From: Armatimonadota bacterium
GTDB taxonomy: Bacteria > Armatimonadota > UBA5829 > DSUL01
Length of the DNA stretch: 64,000 nucleotides
Direction of reading: 5' to 3'
Assembly: GCA_052033935.1 (NCBI GenBank)
Contig: JBPOJE010000011.1
Span: forward strand, 2,909 to 66,908
Positions 59,528 through 64,000 of the stretch are shown here, in pieces; positions within the stretch are counted from its first letter, which is position 1; each line of letters begins with the position of its first letter. Made by a program: the position numbers and the translations under genes. A model generated the notes under the pieces. It saw nothing but the letters and a program-made list of their open reading frames with translations, was not told the DNA's origin and ran no database searches.

Positions 59528-61456
59528 ATGCAGCAATTGCAGATAGTCCGGCTTGGTACGGATGAGGCTGTGGGGTTTGCGGCAGAAGAGCTTGCCCGGT
59601 ATCTGGGCGAGGCGACGGGCGAACAGCCCGGGGTGAAGACGGCCGATGCGCCCCCGGCAAGCGAGCCTGGCGGGCTGTGGGTCGGCACGTTCGCGGACTT
59701 CGGCGACGATCTGCGCAACTGGCCCGAAACAACGGGCGATGCGGCGCTGGACGACGCGGTCTTCATCGAGACGAGCGGCGGCGCGGGCATCATCGCCGGG
59801 TCGAACCCGGGCAGCACGCTGTTCGCCGTGTACCGTTATTTGAGGGAGCTGGGCTTCCGCTGGGTGAGCCCGGGCAAAGAAGGCGACCGCATCCCCGCCG
59901 TGAGCCTGGAGGCGGCCGCGGTGCGTGTAGCCGAGACGGCGTCTTACAGGCACAGGGGCATCTGCATCGAGGGCGCGGTCAGCTACGAGAACGTCCGGGA
60001 CGTCGTGGACTGGTCGGCAAAGAACGGCTTCAACACCTACTTCATGCAGTTTCGCGAAGCGCATACATTCTTCAACCGCTGGTACACGCACATGAAGAAC
60101 CCGTTTCTGGAGCCGGAGCCGTTCCCCGTGGAGCGCGCGCGTGAGTTCAAGGCATGGCTGACGCGCGAGATCGGCAAGCGAGGAATGGTGTTCCACGACG
60201 TGGGGCACGGGTGGACATGCGAGCCGTTCGGGATTCCGGGCCTCGGCTGGAACGACTACGAGGAGCCGCTGTCCGATGAGGTGACGGGGTATCTCGCCGA
60301 GGTGAACGGCGAGCGCAAGCTGTGGCGCAAGATTCCGATGAACACGAACCTGTGCTACTCGAACCCGGAAGTGCGCCAGATTGTGACCGACGACATAGTG
60401 CAGTACGCACGGCAACACCCGGAGGTGGATGTCATTCATTTCTGGCTGGCGGACGGGTCGAACAACCAGTGCGAATGCGAGGAGTGCCGTAAGGCCCGGC
60501 CTTCGGACTTCTACGTGAGGATGCTGAACGAACTGGACGAGAAGCTGACCTCCGAGAACCTGCCGGCGCGGATCGTATTCCTCATATACGTGGACCTGCT
60601 GTGGCCCCCGGAGCGTGAGGTCATCAAGAACAAGGACCGCTTCATTCTGATGTTTGCCCCCATCACGCGGACATACAGCCGGGCGTTCAAGGCGAAAGAG
60701 GCGTTGCCGAAGTTGCCGCCGTACGACAGGAACAAGCTGGAGTTCCCTGCCAGCGTGGAAGCGAACGTCGCGTTTCTGCGCGCGTGGCAGCGGATGTTCG
60801 ACGGCGACAGCTTCGATTTCGACTACCACTACATGTGGGACCATCTCAAGGATCCGGGCTACTACGCCATCGCCCGGACGCTGCATAGCGACGTGGTGAA
60901 CCTGGTGGACATAGGGCTGAACGGGCTGGTGAGCTGCCAGGCGCAAAGGACGTTTCTGCCGCACGGCCTCGGGATGTGCCTGATGGGGCAAGCGCTCTGG
61001 GACCGGACGACGGACTTCGACGCGTTCGCGGATGACTTCTTCGGCGCGGCGTTCGGGCCGGACGGGAAGGCCTGCCGCGAGTATATGAAGACGCTCTCTG
61101 CTCTGTTCGACCCGCCGTACCTGAGGGGCGAAAAGGACAGCGTTAGCGAAGAATCGGCCACAAAGTTTGACAGCATCCCGGATGCTATCGAGCGGTTCCG
61201 GCCGGTGATCTGCCGCAATCTGGAGTGCGACGACCCGAACCTCGCCCAGGCGTGGCGCTATCTGAACATCCATGCGGACATGGCTGAACAACTGGCGCGG
61301 GCGCTGGCTCTGAGGGCACGCGGACAGAACGCTGAGGCGCGTGAGCGATGGGTGGCGCTCTCGGAGTTCGTTCAGAAGCGTGAGATGGAAGTGCAGCCAG
61401 TGCTGGACGTGTTCGAGTACATCTCCATCATCGAGAGGCTGTTCGCGGCGAGCTGA
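59528..61456 (+). CDS. DUF4838-type protein with GH20/GH67-like N-terminal domain
   Basis: FAAEELARYL, IIAGSNPGSTLFAVYRYL..LGFRWVSPG, SYRHRG, LCYSNPEV, WLADGSNNQCECEEC. Confidence 0.75.
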   Translation: MQQLQIVRLGTDEAVGFAAEELARYLGEATGEQPGVKTADAPPASEPGGLWVGTFADFGDDLRNWPETTGDAALDDAVFIETSGGAGIIAGSNPGSTLFAVYRYLRELGFRWVSPGKEGDRIPAVSLEAAAVRVAETASYRHRGICIEGAVSYENVRDVVDWSAKNGFNTYFMQFREAHTFFNRWYTHMKNPFLEPEPFPVERAREFKAWLTREIGKRGMVFHDVGHGWTCEPFGIPGLGWNDYEEPLSDEVTGYLAEVNGERKLWRKIPMNTNLCYSNPEVRQIVTDDIVQYARQHPEVDVIHFWLADGSNNQCECEECRKARPSDFYVRMLNELDEKLTSENLPARIVFLIYVDLLWPPEREVIKNKDRFILMFAPITRTYSRAFKAKEALPKLPPYDRNKLEFPASVEANVAFLRAWQRMFDGDSFDFDYHYMWDHLKDPGYYAIARTLHSDVVNLVDIGLNGLVSCQAQRTFLPHGLGMCLMGQALWDRTTDFDAFADDFFGAAFGPDGKACREYMKTLSALFDPPYLRGEKDSVSEESATKFDSIPDAIERFRPVICRNLECDDPNLAQAWRYLNIHADMAEQLARALALRARGQNAEARERWVALSEFVQKREMEVQPVLDVFEYISIIERLFAAS

Positions 61457-62478
61457 TGCGCCGCGCTCTGGCCGCGCCGGCGGCAGTCCTGAGCACCGCG
61501 CTTCTGGCGTTCTGCCTTTGGGCGTACACCGCACAGCCAGATGAGTCCGTCTCTCTAACCGTCTGGCCAAGGTGGGCGTGGGCGTTTCCCGGACTGCTGC
61601 TGGCGAGTCTGGCAAGCGGCAAAGCAACAAGAAGGGGCTTCTTGCTCTTGCTGATAGCCTGGACCGGCTATCTTTCCGCCTTTGCGGAGGAACCCCGAAG
61701 TCTGGTGCGCGGGCTCTGGCCCGTGCCGAAACCGGCCGGTGAGGCACTGAAGGTGGCGAGCATCAACTGCTCGGTCGGCATGGTGGAGCCCGCTCTGGAG
61801 ACAGCCCGCTTCCGGCCGGATGTGGTACTGCTGCAGGAGTCTCCGCAGGAGGAGCATGTCCGGCAGATCGCACGCAAGCTCTACGGGCCGCGCGGCAGCT
61901 ACGCGTACGGGCTGGACTGCTCGATCGTGTCCAGAACCAGGCTCACAGCTTTTGACTGGGGCTTTGACGCGCCTTCCACCACCGCGGCAACGACTCGAAT
62001 CGGCGGCGTTGACGTTCTGGTTGTCAGCGTGCGGCTGGCTCCTGCCCCCTTCCGCGAGGATATGTGGAGCGCCGATAGCAGAAAGGCCTATTCCTCGATA
62101 CGCAAGCTACACCGGACACAGCTTCGCGAGATTGCCGGCCAGATTCGCAGAAGCGGCAGAGGCATGCCGGTTATTGTCGGGGGGGACTTCAACTCGCCGC
62201 CGGATTCCAGCGCTTTCCGCGAGTGGCAAGGCCAAATGCATGACGCCTTCCGGACGGCTGGGCGGGGTTGGGGAAACACTTTCGTCAACGAGCTGCCAGC
62301 GATCCGAATAGACCAGATATGGACGAGCCGAAACGTCCGGCCACTCAGCGTCAGGGCTTTCGCAAGCGCGCACTCGGACCATCGGATGGTTATCGCAACT
62401 GTGGACGTCCACAGACGTCAGCCCAGGCGGCTGGCAGACGGGCAAACTGGCGACAGCGTGCGCGCCCGCAACCATTGA
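61456..62478 (+). CDS. Endonuclease/exonuclease/phosphatase family protein with N-terminal TM helices
   Basis: SIN, DVVLLQE, IVGGDFN, RIDQIW, SDH. Confidence 0.9.
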   Translation: MRRALAAPAAVLSTALLAFCLWAYTAQPDESVSLTVWPRWAWAFPGLLLASLASGKATRRGFLLLLIAWTGYLSAFAEEPRSLVRGLWPVPKPAGEALKVASINCSVGMVEPALETARFRPDVVLLQESPQEEHVRQIARKLYGPRGSYAYGLDCSIVSRTRLTAFDWGFDAPSTTAATTRIGGVDVLVVSVRLAPAPFREDMWSADSRKAYSSIRKLHRTQLREIAGQIRRSGRGMPVIVGGDFNSPPDSSAFREWQGQMHDAFRTAGRGWGNTFVNELPAIRIDQIWTSRNVRPLSVRAFASAHSDHRMVIATVDVHRRQPRRLADGQTGDSVRARNH

Positions 62479-62560
62479 CACGCGGGGTCACGATGGATAT
62501 GCTATTGGGCGGATGAGCAGAAGGTTCGGTAACCACGGCTGGCCTTTCTTGGGCAGAACT

Positions 62561-64000
62561 ATGCAAATCAAACGACTCGTTGCTGGCTTGCTTATTGTTA
62601 CGATCGTGCTCGGGTACGGAGGGGCTCCTGCCCTCGCCGGGTACGCGCGGCTCCTGTCGCCGCAGTCGAGCGCTGTCGTCAGCGGGACCGTCGAGGTATC
62701 GGCCGGATTCGAGGCCGATCCCAAGACACGCGTGACGCGCGTCGTGCTCTCGGTGGACGGCACGGAGTACGGGCTGAAGGGCCTTGGCGCGCCTCAGGCA
62801 AGCGGGGTGGTCTCCATGCTGTGGGACACGACGGCGTTCGCGGACGGGCTCCATGGACTTTCGCTGTACTTCTACAGCGGCGGCAAGCTCGCCGGCAAGT
62901 GCTATCAGAAGGTACGGGTTCAGAACCACGGGGAAGCGGCGCTGACGCCGCCTTCCAAAGGGTCCTCGGTTATCCAATTCAGCAATCTGCGCGATGGCGA
63001 GCGCGTTTCGGGCGGGCGGCAGGTGGCGGTGAACCCATCGGCAAACCTGGGTCCGGACGTCTTTCTGTCGGTGTATGTGGACAAGACCCTGAAGCTGATC
63101 AGCAACCGTCCGCCCTTCGAGTTTTCCCTGGACACGGCAGGAATGTCCGACGGGCCGCACACGGTGGAGGCCCAGGTTCGCGACGCGAGCCAGAACCTTC
63201 TCGCTACGTATGCGATCCGGATTACGGTCGAGAACGCGGGCACGATAGCTTCAGCCGTGCGCGAGGCGTCGAGCACGGCGGCCGCCCGGCCAGCGTCCAC
63301 GAAGTCAATCGAGCGGCCGCAAGAGGCCCGGGCAGTCCCGCCCAGCGCTTCGGCGAGTCAGCCGCCGGACAACGGCAGCGCCGTGGCGGCGCGGGCTTCG
63401 GAACCCGCAACTGCCGCTGCGACCCAGCCCACGGCCGTAACGAGCGAACCGCGGCAGGATTCGTCTGCATCGAGGCCGGCTCCGGTCATTCAGGCTCCGG
63501 AGCAGAAGCCTGCGGCGGCGCCTTCTGTGAAGCCAGCGCCCTCGGTTGAGCCAGTTCCTCTCGCGAAGGCCCCGGCATCAGAGTTGCCAGACCCGTCATC
63601 GGGACAGGCCGCGACGAGGATGGCCAGCCTGCCCGCGCCGCAGTCCGTGCAGATGGAAGTCTCCGTGACGCCGTCGGCCGAGGCTGTGAGCGCCGAGGTG
63701 CCCTCCGTTCCGGAGGCCCCGGCAGAGGCAACAGCCCCTGAAGCCTCTGCGCAGATAGACCCGGGCGAGGCGGTGGAGACGGCATCGAGCCTGCCGCCGG
63801 ACGAGACAGCCGCATCCGAGCCCAGGTTTGCGGGGGCTGAGGCGGACGCCCGCGCGGTGGAGAGCGACATTACAGCGCGCCCGCGCACACCCGCCAGGGT
63901 GCCGAAGCCCGCTGCACCCGCGCCGCCGGCGGCGGCGTCACCCGCCGCGGCAGCGCCGGCACTGAAGCCCGAGACGAAATGGCAGGGCCAGATGGCGCGG
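62561..64000 (+). CDS. Secreted protein with two bacterial Ig-like domains and a long Pro/Ala-rich linker (partial, runs off window; not in ORF track)
   Basis: MQIKRLVAGLLIVTIVLGYGGAPALA signal; LLSPQSSAVVSGTVEV...VVLSVDG...WDTTAFADGLH; LSVYVD...PFEFSLDT..MSDGPHTV; no stop through 64000. Confidence 0.85.
   Translation, partial: MQIKRLVAGLLIVTIVLGYGGAPALAGYARLLSPQSSAVVSGTVEVSAGFEADPKTRVTRVVLSVDGTEYGLKGLGAPQASGVVSMLWDTTAFADGLHGLSLYFYSGGKLAGKCYQKVRVQNHGEAALTPPSKGSSVIQFSNLRDGERVSGGRQVAVNPSANLGPDVFLSVYVDKTLKLISNRPPFEFSLDTAGMSDGPHTVEAQVRDASQNLLATYAIRITVENAGTIASAVREASSTAAARPASTKSIERPQEARAVPPSASASQPPDNGSAVAARASEPATAAATQPTAVTSEPRQDSSASRPAPVIQAPEQKPAAAPSVKPAPSVEPVPLAKAPASELPDPSSGQAATRMASLPAPQSVQMEVSVTPSAEAVSAEVPSVPEAPAEATAPEASAQIDPGEAVETASSLPPDETAASEPRFAGAEADARAVESDITARPRTPARVPKPAAPAPPAAASPAAAAPALKPETKWQGQMAR

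Noticed and set aside
1-64000. CRISPR arrays, tRNA/rRNA genes, IS elements, integrases, prophage genes, inteins in nrdJ
   Set aside because: No regularly spaced repeats, tRNA-like cloverleaves, transposase or integrase motifs, or intein insertions were seen on reading both strands.
63240-64000. Tandem-repeat or VNTR origin of the Pro/Ala-rich region
   Set aside because: Low complexity is at the amino-acid level only; no exact nucleotide repeat unit is visible.

Overview
High-GC (roughly 65%) bacterial chromosomal segment with about 55 genes. No rRNA, tRNA, CRISPR array, transposase or integrase was seen. A Terrabacteria-type gene order (M16 peptidase-dapB-asd-dapA-rnj; scpA-scpB-dacB-rluB) occurs together with a PEP-CTERM protein, many secreted glycan-active proteins, hydF and a B12-dependent NrdJ. 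This suggests a polysaccharide-using, probably anaerobic or facultative Armatimonadota-like organism (inference). Contents in order: a damaged trp operon (trpE fragment joined directly to a trpD fragment, trpC, twice-frameshifted trpF, intact trpB/trpA), deoC, recO, an M24 peptidase, a zf-HC2/GspE-N2 fusion protein, an orphan sugar-binding protein, gltA, the dap/rnj operon, scpAB-dacB-rluB-btuFCD-like genes, a serine hydrolase, hydF, a multidomain GH99-like protein, ftsH-ftcD and downstream hydrolase/oxidoreductase genes, ispH, GHL6-like and GH38 hydrolases, a DoxX plus pseudo-phosphatase pair, a frameshifted PEP-CTERM protein, a decayed ankyrin/hypothetical/ADP-ribosylglycohydrolase cassette, nrdJ with a sigma70 promoter and tandem NrdR boxes, and an oxidoreductase/DUF4838/EEP/Ig-domain cluster running off the right end. 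Frameshifts and deletions cluster at 0-2.2 kb and 50.5-53.7 kb and could be real decay or consensus errors. All family assignments come from motif recognition by eye, not database searches.
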